64,000 nucleotides of DNA from Tubulanus polymorphus (Eukaryota; Animalia; Nemertea), in assembly GCF_964204645.1 (NCBI RefSeq), contig NC_134029.1, positions 10,814,850-10,878,849 of the forward strand. The letters are read 5' to 3'. A program made the translations under genes and the position numbers. A model generated the notes under the pieces. It searched no databases. It was not told the DNA's origin and worked only from the letters and a program-made list of their open reading frames with translations. How positions within the stretch are numbered: position 1 is the first letter of the stretch; each line of letters begins with the position of its first letter. Positions 42,001 to 56,054 of this stretch are shown piece by piece.

Positions 42001-45000
42001 GCCAGCGACAATGCATTATTTTGGTTTTGTCGCCCGCGACAATTCTTCTTTTTGGTTTTGTCGCCAGCGACAATTCATTATTTTGGTTTTATATTTTGTT
42101 TTTGTCGTCTGCGACAATTTTCTTTTTTGATTTTGTCGCCCGCGACAATTCAATATTTTGGTTTTATCGCCTGCGACAATTCAATATTTTGGTTTTATCG
42201 CCCGCGATAATTCAATATTTTGGTTTTATCGCCCGCGATAATTCATTATTTTGGTTTTGTCGCCCGCAACAATTCATTATTACGGTTTTATCGCCCGCGA
42301 CAATTCATTATTTTGGTTTTGTCGCCCGCGACAATTCACCATTTTGGTTTTGTCGCCCGCGACAATTCATTATTTTGGTTTTATCGCCCGCGACAATTCA
42401 TTATTTTGGTTTTATTGCCAGCGACAATTCATTATTTTGGTTTTGTCGGCCCGACAATTCTTTTTTTGGTTTTGTCGCCCGCGACAATTCATTAGTTTGG
42501 TTTTGTCGCCCGCGATAATTCAATATTTTGGTTTTGTCGCCCGCGACAATTCATTATTTTGGTTTTATCGCCCGCGACAATTCAATATTTTGGTTTTATC
42601 GCTCGCGACAATTCATTATTTTGGTTTTGTCGCCCGAGACAATTCATTATTTTAGTTTTATCGCCCGCGAAAATTCATTATTTTGGTTTTATCGCCCGCG
42701 ACAATTCATTATTTTGCTTTTGTCGCCCGCGACAATACACCATTTTGGTTTTGTCGCCTGGACAATTCACCATTTTGGTTTTGTCGCCCGCGACGATTCA
42801 TTATTTTTGTTTTGTCGCCCCGACAATTCTTTTTTTGGTTTTGTCGCCCGCGACAATTGTCGCCCGCGACAATTCAATATTTTGGTTTTATCGCCCTCGA
42901 CAATTCATTGCTTTGGTTTTATCTCCAGCGACAATTCATTATTTTGGTTTTGTCACCCGCGACAATTCTTGTTTTTGGTTTTGACGCCCGCGACAATTCA
43001 TTATTTTGGTTTTATACTTTGTTTTTGTCGCCTGCGACAATTTTTTTTTGGTTTTGTCGCCCGCAACAATTCAATATTTTGGTTTTGTCGCCCGCGACAA
43101 TTCATTATTTTGGTTTAATCGCCCGCGACAATTCAATATTTTAGTTTTATCGCCTGCGATAATTCATTATTTTGGTTTTATCGCCCGCGACAATTCATTA
43201 TTTTGGTTTTATCGTCCGCGACAATTCATTATTTTGGTTTTGTCGCTCGAGACAATTCATTATTTTAGTTTTATCGCCCGCGACAATTCATTAGTTTGGT
43301 TTTATCGCCTGAGACAATTCAATATTTTGGTTTTATCGCCTGCGACAATTCAATATTTTGGTTTTATCGCCCGCGATAATTCATTATTTTGGTTTTGTCG
43401 CCTGAGAAAAATCATTATTTTGGTTTTATCGCCAGCGACAATTCATTATTACGGTTTTATCGCCCGTGACAATTCATTATTTTGGTTTTATCGCCCGCGA
43501 CAATTCATTATTTTGGTTTTGTCGCCTGAGAAAATTCATTATTTTGGTTTTATCGCCCGCGACAATTCATTATTACGGTTTTATCGCCCGCGACAATTCA
43601 TTATTTTGGTTTTGTCGCCTGGACAATTCACCATTTTGGTTTTGTCGCCCGCGACAATTCATTATTTTGGTTTTATCGCCCGCGACAATTCATTATTTTG
43701 GTTTTATCGCCAGCGACAATTCATTATTTTGGTTTTGTCGGCCGCGACAATTCATTATTTTGGTTTTATCGCCCGTGACAATTCAATATTTTGGTTTTAT
43801 CGCCCGCGATAATTCATTATTTTGGTTTTATCGCTCGCGACAATTCATTATTTTGGTTTTGTCGCCCGAGACAATTCATTATTTTGGTTTTATCGCCCGC
43901 GACAATTCATTATTTTGCTTTTGTCGCCCGCGACAATTCATTATTTTGCTTTTGTCGCCCGCGACAATTCACCATTTTGGTTTTGTCGCCTGGACAATTC
44001 ACCATTTTGGTTTTGTCGCCCGCGACAATTCTTTTTTTGGTTTTGTCGCCCGCGACAATTCATTAGTTTGGTTTTGTCGCCCGCGACAATTCATTTATTT
44101 GGTTTTATCGCCCGCGACAATTCAATATTTTGGTTTTATCGCCCGCGATAATTCATTATTTTGGTTTTATCGCTCGCGACAATTCATTATTTTGGTTTTG
44201 TCGCCCGAGACAATTCATTATTTTGGTTTTATCGCCCGCGACAATTCATTATTTTGGTTTTATCGCCCGCGACAATTCATTATTTTGGTTTTGTCGCCTG
44301 AGAAAATTCATTATTTTGGTTTTATCGCCCACGACAATTCATTATTACGGTTTTATCGCCCGCGACAATACATTATTTTGGTTTTGTCGCCTGGACAATT
44401 CACCATTTTGGTTTTGTCGCCCGCGACAATTCATTATTTTGGTTTTATCGCCCGCGACAATTCATTATTTCGGTTTTATCGCCAGCGACAATTCATTATT
44501 TTGGTTTTGTCGCCCGCGACAATTCATTATTTTGGTTTTATCGCCCGCGACAATTCAATATTTTGGTTTTATCGCCCGCGATAATTCATTATTTTGGTTT
44601 TATCGCTCGCGACAATTCATTATTTTGGTTTTGTCGCCCGAGACAATTCATTATTTTGGTTTTATCGCCCGCGACAATTCATTATTTTGCTTTTGTCGCC
44701 CGCGACAATTCATTATTTTGCTTTTGTCGCCCGCGACAATTCACCATTTTGGTTTTGTCGCCTGGACAATTCACCATTTTGGTTTTGTCGCCCGCGACAA
44801 TTCATTATTTTGGTTTTGTCGCCCCGACAATTCTTTTTTTGGTTTTGTCGCCCGCGACAATTCATTAGTTTGGTTTTGTCGCCCGCGACAATTCATTATT
44901 TTGGTTTTATCGCCCGCGACAATTCAATATTTTGGTTTTATCGCCCGCGATAATTCATTATTTTGGTTTTATCGCTCGCGACAATTCATTATTTTGGTTT

Positions 45001-46280
45001 TGTCGCCCGAGACAATTCATTATTTTGGTTTTATCGCCCGCGACAATTCATTATTTTGCTTTTGTCGCCTGGACAATTCACCATTTTGGTTTTGTCGCCC
45101 GCGACAATTCATTATTTTGGTTTTGTCGCCCCGACAATTCTTGTTTTTGGTTTTGACGCCCGCGACAATTCATTATTTTGGTTTTATACTTTGTTTTTGT
45201 TGCCCGCGACAATTTTTTTTTTGGTTTTGTCGCCCGCAACAATTCAATATTTTGGTTTTGTCGCCCGCAACAATTCATTATTTTGGTTTTATCGCCCGCG
45301 ACAATTCTATATTTTAGTTTTATCGCCCGCGATAATTCATTATTTTATTTTTATCGCCCGCAACAATTCAATATTTTGTTTTTATCGTCCGCGACAATTC
45401 ATTATTTCAATTATGTCGCTCGAGGCAATTCATTAATTTGGTTTTATCGTCCGCGACAATTCATTATTTTGGTTTTGTCGCTCGATACAATTCATTATTT
45501 TGGTTTTATCGCCTGCGACAATTCATTAGTTTGGTTTTGTCGGCCGTGACAATTCAATATTTTGGTTTTATCACCCGCGACAATTCATTAGTTTGGTTTT
45601 GTCGCCTGCGACAATTCTTTTTCAGTCCACTTGGGACTTTAGTCCCAGCGGGCTATTGTGTTCACTTTTCGTTCGTCCGTCCGTCCATAGACGGAATCCA
45701 GTTTTTTTGGGAAGTTTTGAAGACGCTTCAAGGTCATTGGTTTTAGCATGTGGCCATCAGGGGGCGTTGAATAATACAATAACTTAGTATTGCTATATTA
45801 TATTTGTACCAAGGCATATTTTGTTACCATGATCAATTGCAAAGTTGTAGTTCATGACATCGTCTATGATTGTGGTGAGTTTTTAAGGACATTAGTTATT
45901 CCATATAGTCACTAGGGGGCGTTGAATAGTAGAAAAGCTTAGTTTTTCCTTATTAGATTGGTACCTAGGCATAGTTTGTTACCATGATCCATTGCAAAGT
46001 TGTAGATCATGACATCGTCTATGATTGTGGTGAGTTTTTAAGGACATTAGTTATTCCATATAGTCACCAGGGGGCGTTGAATAGTAGAATGGCTTAGTAT
46101 TTCCTTATTAGATTGGTACCTAGGCATATTTTGTTACTATGATCAATTGCAAAGTTGTATTTCATGACATGTACTACGATTGTGGTGAGATAAATGAAGA
46201 AATCCCACACTTCGAATTTGAAATTATACTATCAAATTTATTATTACGAAACCACAACGTTTCGGCTGTTGACTAACAGC

Positions 46281-46412
<132 letters not shown>

Positions 46413-46413
46413 T

Positions 46414-46455
46414 CCACCTGATGATGGCTGTTAGTCAACAGCCGAAACGTTGTGG
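46414..46455 (+). ncRNA. Minimal type I hammerhead ribozyme
   Basis: CCAC-CTGATGA-T-GGCTGTT(AGTC)AACAGCC-GAAA-C-GTT-GTGG: stem I CCAC/GTGG, 7-bp stem II, conserved core, palindromic AACGTT stem III. Confidence 0.8.
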
Positions 46456-47958
46456 TTTCGTAATAATAAATTTGATAGTATAATTTCAAATTCGAAGTGT
46501 GGGATTTCTTCATTTATCTACAGTTTACACGGATTATAGTGTTTATTCGACAACTAACTGATTATGGTGAGTTTTAAGGTCATTGGGTTTTGCATATGGT
46601 CACCAGGGGCGTTGAATAGTAGAATAACTTAGTATTTCCATATTAAATTGGTAACGAGGCATATTTCGTTATCACAATCAATTACAAAATCATAGCTGCT
46701 CACATGTTCTATGATTGTGGTGGGTTTCAAGGTCATTGGTTTTTGTATATGGTCACTAGAGGGCGTTATATATTGAAATTGTTAGATTGTTGAGCATTTG
46801 AAACCACTTCCCAAGTGAGCATGGTGTCCCTGGACCCCTAGTTTGGTTTTGTCTCCCGCGACAATTCATTATTCTGGTTTTGTCGCACGCAACAATTCAA
46901 TATTTTGTTTTTGTCGTCCGCGACAATTCATTATTTTGGTTTTATCGCCGCGACAATTCAATATTTTGGTTTTAACACCCGCGACGATTCATTATTGTGG
47001 TTTTATCGCCGCGACAATTCAATATTTTGGTTTTAACACCCGCGACAATTCATTATTGTGGTTTTATCGCCCGCGACAATTCATTATTTTGGTTTTATCG
47101 CCCGCGACAATTCATTATTTTGGTTTTATCGACCGCGACAATTCATTATTTTTGTTTTGTCGCCCGTGACAATTCAATATTTTGGTTTTGTCACCCGCGA
47201 CAATGCATTATTTTGGTTTTGTCCCCGTGGTTTTGTCGGAACATTAAGTTTTTTGGTCGAACAGTGTGTTAAGGTCGTTTTGGAAATTTACTCGGTCTGA
47301 TATATTTTGGATTACTGTGTATGTCATTTGTCAGGACATTAAACAGAAGACGACTTAGGATACTACCTTGCGTGACTCCACTAGTTGGACCGTCTCATTC
47401 CAAGATGAGGCGTTCCGTTGATTTCGGTTACAAGTATCCGTTCAGAGATAACTGCTGAGCCATTTTAACGACCTATCATTGATACTGTTTCCTAATAGAC
47501 TCTTTAGTAATGGCTGATGTTGAACCTTATCAAATGCTTTGTTGAAATCCACCGTTGAACAGGATTCTAAGACTGTGCAGAAAACCCGTTATCGCTGCTT
47601 TGCAGCTATATTTGGTTATAATAATTTGATTAAAACTGCAACAATAAATAATTCATTAAGATTAAATGACATAAATAAAATGATTATTACTGCTCCATAA
47701 TTAATGGAAGGTGAAAAAATAAAAAACATATTCAATCAACAGAAACTAAAACTAAGAATATTCAATTAAATAATGATTCTAAAATAAAAGATTACAATAC
47801 ATCAGAAAATGTAAAAACTGATATTATTCAACATGATATAATTAAAACTAATAATGATAATAAATCACATGAAAATACTAAATTAGCTAAATTAACGTGT
47901 ATAGGAATTGTAATAGTAGGAATATTATATTTCAAATTTTAATTTTTATAAGATATAA

Positions 47959-49394
47959 ATGGATGTAGAAGGTGGAGAAGATTATGAAATGGGAGAAATG
48001 GGAAATAATAATGAAGGATATATTGATGATGATTATAATGATGATGAAACTAATATTGATAATGATGATGGATCAGCATATAATACTAATTTAGCAGATA
48101 GTGGTTCTAAAGCCCCATCCACAGACGAGTTTGATAGAAGAACTAAATCGAGAATAAATCCTGAAAATGAAAATCCAGATTTAGTAAAACAAAATTTAGA
48201 AAATAATGAATTTATATATAATTTCAAACCTATATTTGAAAGATCTGGATATAATATCAATGATAGAGGTGCTAGATATTTAGTAAGAGAATTAAAATTT
48301 TTAGATGGTGAATATTATTATCATTTGAAAGATGATTGTTATATTGATATCTCTTATAAAAATCAAAATAAAATATAAGCAGAATCAACTTTGAGTAATT
48401 TAGAACCATCTAGAATTAAAAGAATAAGTAATAGTAATGAAATGGAAAATGTTTCACAAGAAGAAATAAATCAAAATAAAAGAGTATTTAAACAAAGAAT
48501 TAATGACCTTAATTTGAAACAATCAATAATAATTTAGAAACAGAAACAACTTCTGGTAAACTTAAATCAAATAAAGATCCAATTGAAAAACTATTACCAA
48601 ATGGATTACTTGATGCAACGAATCAAGAATTAGAAGATTTAAATATATTTTCTGATAAAGCAATCAGAGAAATTATTAGTATAAGACTTGCATCTGATAA
48701 AATTGCGCATGATAAAAGTATAAGAGATTTTAAAATTAGAACTTTAGAAAACTATAGAACTGATAAAATGAAAGAAATAGAACAATTAAAATTAGATAGA
48801 GATAATAAAGTTATTGACGAAATCGAATTTAGAAAAAAGAAATGCATATTTAGAAAAAGAAACAGATTATTTAAAATATAACATAGAATTTCAGAAAGAA
48901 GAAATTTAATTGTTAAAAAAAATCATATCATTATAATGTTAATAGATTAAAAATTATTTTTAAAGATTTGTTGATAAAAGCAAATTCTGAAATATCATTA
49001 AAAGATAGAATAAAATTATTATTGAAGTTAGAAGGTATAACAATTCTTTCAATTCTAACAGCTGTAACTATGGTATTCACAAAAACAGGTTTAGCAATAT
49101 CAAATTCATTAAAATCTACCCCTACGTCCAATAAACCAGATAAACCCCCAAATGATAATAATTCTATACAAGATAAAGTGAAAGATGATTTTAAAAAATT
49201 AGCAAAATATTTATGGGAACTATCTAAAAAAATCTGCTGCTGCTTCACCAGGAATTATAGCATCAATTGTTGGTTTTATATTGAAATCTGCAGGAAATAC
49301 TATTAACTTTGCTGCAGAACATATTATTTTAATTTTAATTACAATTGTTAGTGCAATTATTTTTGGGTTAGTGAATATGATAAAAAATAAATAA
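47959..49394 (+). pseudogene. Large acidic/coiled-coil protein with C-terminal hydrophobic segments (putative virion membrane or entry protein)
   Basis: TAAATG start; acidic N-terminus; SLKDRIKLLLKLEGITILSILTAVTMVF...PGIIASIVGFILKSAG...IILILITIVSAIIF; several stops and frameshifts. Confidence 0.65.
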
Positions 49395-49414
49395 TTAATT
49401 TTTTTGTTAAATAA

Positions 49415-50606
49415 ATGAGTGGGAGTTATATAAATCCTTCTAAGAGTTCTAGAATATCTAATGCTATTAAGGCAGAAAGATCTCATCATATAATTACTCA
49501 TAATCCTTCTAATATTAATCCTGATGAAACTTTATATGTTAGAATTCCTCGATTAACACAAAATACTTTTTATGTTCCAAATAGTATTTATTTATCAGCT
49601 GATATAAAAGTAACTGGCCATGATAATAATTATGTTGTTGATAATGTTGGAAGATATTTGATTAAAAAATTAACTATAAAGATTGGTCCAGAAACAGTTT
49701 TCTCATTAGATGATTATAATTTATTTATGCATTATAAAGATTTATGGTTAACAAAAGAAAATAGAAATAATGTGATATTTTTAGGCATCCAATCAGAAAA
49801 CCATAATAAATTAAGATCAGAAGCTAATAATGCAATAATAACTAATGCTACAGATAATTTGATAAAAAAGATTTATGGAAGCAAATATAAAATTCCATTA
49901 GATTTTGAATTGATAGATAATAATGCACCTTTATATAAATACGCAATTCAAGAAGGTATTATATTTGAAATTACATTTGCTCCTGTTAATGAAATAGTAT
50001 TATCAAGTGTAATAAAAGATATGGGTTATAAATTATCGAATATATGTTTAGAATATGATGCAGTAACTGACGAAAATATTGCTAACACAATTCAAACTCA
50101 ATACAATCAAGGATTTTGATTATTATATGATTATATTGATAAATTTAAAACTGTAACTATTAATGCAAATGATGAAATAATTAATGAGAATATCAACTTC
50201 CCAAGAAGATCTATTAATTAAGGTATATTAATATTTTTTACCATTGCTACATATTCAAATGGCGCAATACAGGTTGATAATTATTATAATCCTGAAATAA
50301 CAAGAGTAGAAATAACTATTGAAGGTATAGCAAATAAAATATTCTGTCAAGGAATGAGAATGATTGATCAATGGCCAGAAATTAGAAAACATTTTATGAA
50401 TGAAAAAGTAAAATCATCTGATTTTAGAACGACAGAGGATAATTCATTACATGGTTCTGGGAAAAAAACTACAAAATACAAAAGATGGAATACAATTATT
50501 CATGACAAAGAAAAAAGGAAGTTTAAATTTCAAAATGCATATTTATATTGTATCTGACGCGCAATTAAATATTGTAAATTCTCAATTTAATAGTGTTATG
50601 TATTAA
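49415..50606 (+). pseudogene. Putative major capsid protein (double jelly roll)
   Basis: TAAATG start; ~390-codon beta-rich ORF: ITHNPSNINPDETLYVRIPRL...NVGRYLIKKLTIKIG...YKIPLDFE...LSNICLEYD...NFPRRS...LHGSG...DAQLNI; assignment by recalled pattern and context. Confidence 0.7.
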
Positions 50607-50638
50607 AATGTTAGTTTTAATAAAAAATTCTATAATAC

Positions 50639-51463
50639 ATGGAGGCAGGTAAAGTATATAAACATATTCCATACATTGATAGACATGAAAATAATGATGG
50701 CTTATATAATGTAATACCTTGTAATATAGCTTTGATATTTGATCCTATTTTCAAAAATTATAAAACTAAACTAATAGAAATCGATAATAATAAAAGTTAA
50801 GTTTTTGATAATTTAAGTAATGAAATTGATAATAATGTTTTAACTTCTACATCTGATAATGTTTTACCTTCTACATATAATAATGAAATAATATTAGATT
50901 ATAGTGAAAATAGAAATTATTGTGGTTATTGTAAAGGTGAATTTTCAAACAGCCCATCAAATTGGAATAACCATATGAATACATTTGTACATATTACTAA
51001 TGTTATAAAACGCGTTGGTTTAAGAGAATTTATAGAACACCCATTTAGATATGTAACAAAGTTTGTTTCAAATAAAAAAGTAAATGGTAAAGATTTATAT
51101 AAAGATTTATTAGGTGAATTTTTATCTAAGGGACCTGAACACAGTAAAGCGGAATTAGATTTAACTGATGTTAATAAAATATTAGGATCAAACATTGTAA
51201 ATAAAATATTAAGACCAAACACTAAGAAAGAGGATAATGAAAATATAGTAACAGTTAAGCATATTGATAATGAAGATTATTTAGATACAGATTGGACGAA
51301 ACGTAAAGTAGTAACTATTAATGACGCAGTAGACAGGATGAAAAAGGATTATAATGAAGAAACTTATGATGATCCGGTAGATAGGTTTAATAGATTGTTA
51401 GAGTCTGATAAAGAATTGGAGAATGATGATGAAAATGATGTTAATTATCTCACATTCATATAA
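50639..51463 (+). pseudogene. Zn-finger (CxxC...H...H) protein, one internal stop
   Basis: NYCGYCKGEFSNSPSNWNNHMNTFVH reads in frame into the 50975-51463 ORF. Confidence 0.55.
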
Positions 51464-51489
51464 AATAATAGTTGAAAATGGTATAAAAT

Positions 51490-51795
51490 AATAGTTAATA
51501 AAAAAGGGGTTTTACGCATTTATATTTAGGTATCTAATACGTGTCTAATACGTATCTAATACGTATTTAAGTATTTATGTATCTAATATGTATTAATCTA
51601 AATAACCTTTATTATTTTCAAACTTAGTTGAAAAATACAAATATATTAGTTGAAAATTTAAAATAAATAATATATTTTCAAAAGGGGGTTTTAAGTATTA
51701 ATGTATCTAATACGTATCTAATACGTACTAAATACGTATTAAGGTATCTAATACGTATTTAATACATATCTAATACATAAATGCTTAAAATACCT
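51490..51795. repeat. Intergenic duplicated block with 11-bp TATCTAATACG repeats between convergent genes
   Basis: AAAAGGGGTTTT...(GTATCTAATAC)n occurs at ~51500-51600 and ~51680-51780. Confidence 0.7.
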
Positions 51796-52193
51796 TATTT
51801 TATAAATTTATATTCATAAGGAAATTGAAGCTTCAGAAGTAATTTTGAGCCTTTATGGTTCTTTAATTTATTCATATATTCATCATGTAATTCAGTAGGT
51901 ATTATTTGATTCTCTTCCAATTTTTTCCAATCTCTCATATATTCTGGATTATTTGCTCGCCATTGTTTTTTCAATTCTTTACATTTTTCTAGATTATTTT
52001 TATAATATTGTTTACTATTTTGATTATGGCAGCTTTTGCAGTTATGACGTAAACCATCTTTGCCGATCTTACGTTTATAATAATCTTTAAATGGCTTACT
52101 TTTTTTACATTTGCAACATGTCTTCTGATAAATATTTATAAAACCATAATTATTGTTTGTAATATCTATAGTTTGTGATTGTTCTGGCTCCAT
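51795..52193 (-). CDS. C4 zinc-finger protein of the type found N-terminal to phage/NCLDV HNH nucleases
   Basis: KTCCKCKKSKPFKDYYKRKIGKDGLRHNCKSC; the ATG lies at the inner edge of the right TIR. Confidence 0.65.
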   Translation of the reverse strand: MEPEQSQTIDITNNNYGFINIYQKTCCKCKKSKPFKDYYKRKIGKDGLRHNCKSCHNQNSKQYYKNNLEKCKELKKQWRANNPEYMRDWKKLEENQIIPTELHDEYMNKLKNHKGSKLLLKLQFPYEYKFIK

Positions 52194-52560
52194 TTTAATA
52201 TCCAATTTTTTATGAAAATAGATTTTAGAAGTTATTCATATTCATTTATATGAATATTTTAAGAGTAATAGGGAATATGGGGGGTTCAGATTAAAGGTTG
52301 AGAGGGCGAGTTCATAAAAAATGAAAAAATAATTCGAGTGTGCGAGAATTTATTTTTCATTTTTTATGAACTCGACCTCTCGACCTTTGATCTGAACCCC
52401 CATATTCCCTATTACTTAGGGGTATCCTTGATGACGAGAGGTGGTCCTTCACGTCATGACATTATCCTTCATGTTATGAGTTTATCCTTCACGTTATGGG
52501 TTTATCCTTCACGTGATGACTTAAACGTCTGTTTGGTGGGGATGGCCGCCCATAAGTATT
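52189..52560 (-). repeat. Right terminal inverted repeat with palindrome (52263-52416) and 20-bp CCTTCACGT sub-repeats
   Basis: Reverse complement of 27885-28040 plus 28690-28909. Confidence 0.9.
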
Positions 52561-53169
52561 TTTCATAGGTACCCTGTAGACTACCCCGCCAATACGGGTA
52601 GCCGAGCAAACCGGAAAACTCATAACGCGCGACATTACTGGCGGGTAGTCTAGAGAGGCCAATGAAAACTCCGGTTTGCTGAACTACCCCTCTTTGCGGG
52701 GATGCGGTATGATGTTTGAACTGACAGTTTCAAGTGGTTAATGGGTGTTTCAAGTGCTTTATATTTAAAAATTTGATTAATTTACTCGTTAATTACTCGT
52801 TACTTAATAATAATAATAATAATAATAATTTATTTACTTATAAAGCGCATTTCTATAAAACATAATCATTGCACTTCACATTATTAAAACATATAAGACA
52901 GAAGCAGATTAAAACACTAATTGTACAGGTTTCTTAAATAAAAAGTAATGATACTTACGTGATACTTAATTAATATATAAAATTATTTCTCTATATTTGG
53001 GCTTATTAATCTAAATTATTTCACTCACACTTTACGCTAAGTTTACGCTGACCAATATAGAAAGCTGTAAGGCCTAAGAAAAGATGCATTAAGTATATCA
53101 TATCTTTCAATATAATGAAGAAGTATTCAATTGGCCATCTGATCACAACAATAGTCTAACTTGTCTTAT

Positions 53170-53440
53170 TGAATTTACCATCACTGACCACCAGTGACCA
53201 ATTCATGCTTCTCGAATATGAGAACGAAATACCACGTTACGGTGTCAAACTAGAAAGGATTCGCCATTGAAAATTCATAAACTGACCATCACTGACCACC
53301 ACTGACCAATTCAAACTTCTCGAATATAAGAACGATATACCAGTACCGCATTTGGTGTCAAACTAGAAAGGATTCGCCATTGAAAATCAATAAATTGACC
53401 ATCACTGACCACCACTGTCCAAGTGAAACTTCTCGAATAC
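53170..53440. repeat. ~110-bp tandem repeat (about 2.5 copies)
   Basis: ACCATCACTGACCACCA..GACCAATTC at ~53177, ~53285 and ~53398. Confidence 0.7.
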
Positions 53441-53757
53441 CGTGGTCGAATTCGAAAGTGCTTGTCGTCGTGTTGCTATTTCTAGAGACCAGAAGTATGT
53501 TTTGCTACTATTTGTGAATGGCGTTGACATGGTGGAAATATATTACCCATAAATAGGTTACACATCTGGATCGCAGCACCCTCACTTGCCGCAGTGCGTT
53601 ATTTTCACTACATAGTAATGCTAATACATAAACTTTTTTACTACTTGACTCGAAGCTTGACTCGAATCATCTGAACAGTACTGCGTTTGAAAACTCAACG
53701 AATAGAAAATGTTTGCGGGAAGCGCCTACAAATAAGTTATGATAAGATAAAATCTAT

Positions 53758-53848
53758 GAGTAATAGGGAAAATGTTGTTTCATACCAAAGGTCGGGTCGA
53801 GCACACGCTCCCCAACCTTTGATATGAAACAACACTTTCCCTATTACT
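53758..53848. mobile_element. Short free-standing palindromic Sola3-like MITE
   Basis: GAGTAATAGGG..GTTTCATACCAAAGGT / ACCTTTGATATGAAAC..CCCTATTACT. Confidence 0.65.
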
Positions 53849-53943
53849 TTTCAGTACTTTTATGTGTTAAATTCTTATAAAAGTAACGAGAAATTAACGA
53901 GTGAAATAATTCATATTTAAATCAGTGAATATTTATATTTATA

Positions 53944-54989
53944 CCCAGCTAACAAAAAACGTTCAAAGAACGTTTTCTAAAAGTTTTTCACTAACGTTTT
54001 AACGTTAATGTTGAACGTTCGTGCAAGGTTTGTAGAACGTTTTTTTTTGTATATGTATTTTAAGGTTCACAGAACGTTTTTGATAAAATTGACTGAACGT
54101 TACTTCACAACCTCTCTGCAACCATTGAGCTTGATAAAAACGTTCCAATAACGTTCGTATAACGTTACATTATAACCATGATGTCCTCTTTCACGAGCTC
54201 GAATAAATCCCTTTCAACTAACTAATGTTTGAATTATTTTACCTCACTTTTATTTTGTATCTACGTATATATACATGTATAATATCGAAATTATTCACTC
54301 GAAAGTTAGTTCTCCAGTGCACCAGTCGTCGTCGTTACAGCGTAGCTGGCAGCCTTTGTGATTCCTAAAATAAAAAGGAAATAATATAGAAACTTTTATT
54401 TTCATAGTTGTGTTAAGCCTTGAAGTTCATTTCATCCATACATACAGGGATTGTTATGCTTGTTATTGGAGAACAACAGTTATGTCATTTCATTGATATA
54501 AAACCCGACGAGAAGGTCTCTAACGTGGGTTTCTACATAAAAGATTGTTTCAAAAACATTCTATCGGTATTCTTCCATATATTGAAAGTATCAAAATTTG
54601 TGGATTGAATAACGTACCTTAGTAAATAAACGATTTTTAAATCCCTTAAACACGCCGCTTAATAAAGCTGATTGCTGAACAATGACGAACACTTCCTGTT
54701 TTGATATGTCACGATATCCACCGGTTTCGAATCCCATATTGTTCTTTACTCCCGAAATTTTGAATCTTGCTTTCCAATGGTATTAAAACGTAGGAATCCA
54801 CGTCGGGATTTGCTTAAAACGGGCTATGTTGATGATATCTGACTTAACTAATAATTTGCTGCAGGCTCTTGGATGACAACGTTTAGAAAACCTTCAGAAA
54901 ACGTTATCGCCTGAACGTTACATTAAAAACTATCACACAACTTTCACGAACGTTTCCGAATGTTGTATGAACGTTGTGTGCTAGCTGGG
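53944..54989. mobile_element. Non-autonomous DNA transposon with CCCAG termini and AACGTT sub-terminal repeats (CMC/EnSpm-like)
   Basis: CCCAGCTAAC...AACGTT / AACGTT...GCTAGCTGGG. Confidence 0.65.
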
Positions 54990-54999
54990 ATTGCAGGTT

Positions 55000-55735
55000 T
55001 CTCGGTCGCTCGTCCGAAGGTGGTCAAACATGTCCCCCGTGGGACCTCACCGTCGTGCTGAAATATTTGATGGCGGCTCCGTATGAGCCCTTAGACTCTT
55101 TGTCGTTTGCTCGTCTTACCAAGAACACGGTTTTTTGTTACGTCTGGCCATGGCGGCTCGTAGGTCGGAACTACACGCTTTGTCGGTACGTCCCGGTCAT
55201 ATCGTTTACGGACCCCGCGACAGGACGATCACTCTGCGTCCCAGTCTTTCATTCTTAGCGAAGGACCAAAAACCGGCCTCGGCGGGTCGGGAATGGAAGA
55301 TCGAGGCTCTTACGCACAGGGTGTCCGGCGAGTTCCCGGACGGTTTTTATGCCCGGTCAGGGCTTTGAAGGCGTTCGTAGCCCGGTCGGCCCCCTTCCGG
55401 AAAGGAAGGGAAAGATTACTTTTGCCTTTGTCAGATAAGTCTGAGGCAGATATTTCTCGAGACACAGTATCTCGTTGGATCGTGTCTCTGATCAAAGAAG
55501 CCTTCAGTCAGAAAGGGGCTCCTCCTTCTGAGGACGTTGTTTCACACCAGGTTCGTGCTCTGGCCACTTCCTGGGCGGTGTTTTCCGGTGGATCTCTTGA
55601 TCAGGTTTGTAGGGCGGCCTTCTGGGCTTCGCCTTCGACCTTTTCTTCGTTATACTTGAAGGACGTTTCGGGCCAATTAGGCTCCTTGTCGTCAGTTGGG
55701 CCGGTAGTTCTGGCTCAGAGGAGGCGCCTCCCGGC
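55000..55735 (+). pseudogene. DIRS-type tyrosine recombinase fragment (frameshifted)
   Basis: PWDLTVVL..L..APYEPL, LAMAARRSELHAL, LCPVRALKAF, SHQVRALATSWA, AAFWASPSTFSSLYL; GC-rich island. Confidence 0.88.
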
Positions 55736-55825
55736 TAAGACCTCTTCTACACTTAGTTCTCCCTTAGACCCCTTCGGCCGGAGAAGGGAGTTACCTTCTC
55801 TCTGTAATTAATTATTGTATCATTC

Positions 55826-55972
<147 letters not shown>

Positions 55973-56054
55973 CTCCTTACGACTTAGAGGCCAACCCACC
56001 TCCTTTTGCTTTGAGATTCTGGCTAGTTTGTGTTTACAGGGAAGCTATTGACGG

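Noticed and set aside
41925-45620. CRISPR-like appearance (palindromic ~31-bp repeats)
   Set aside because: Units are head-to-tail with no unique spacers, there are no cas genes, and the context is eukaryotic
48033-51222. Minus-strand ORFs 48033-48260, 48931-49248, 49220-49501 and 50926-51222
   Set aside because: Antisense shadows of plus-strand viral genes
55000-55735. Tyrosine recombinase as the integrase of the polinton-like virus
   Set aside because: Lies outside the TIRs, is GC-rich unlike the virus, and has DIRS-specific motifs and terminal structure
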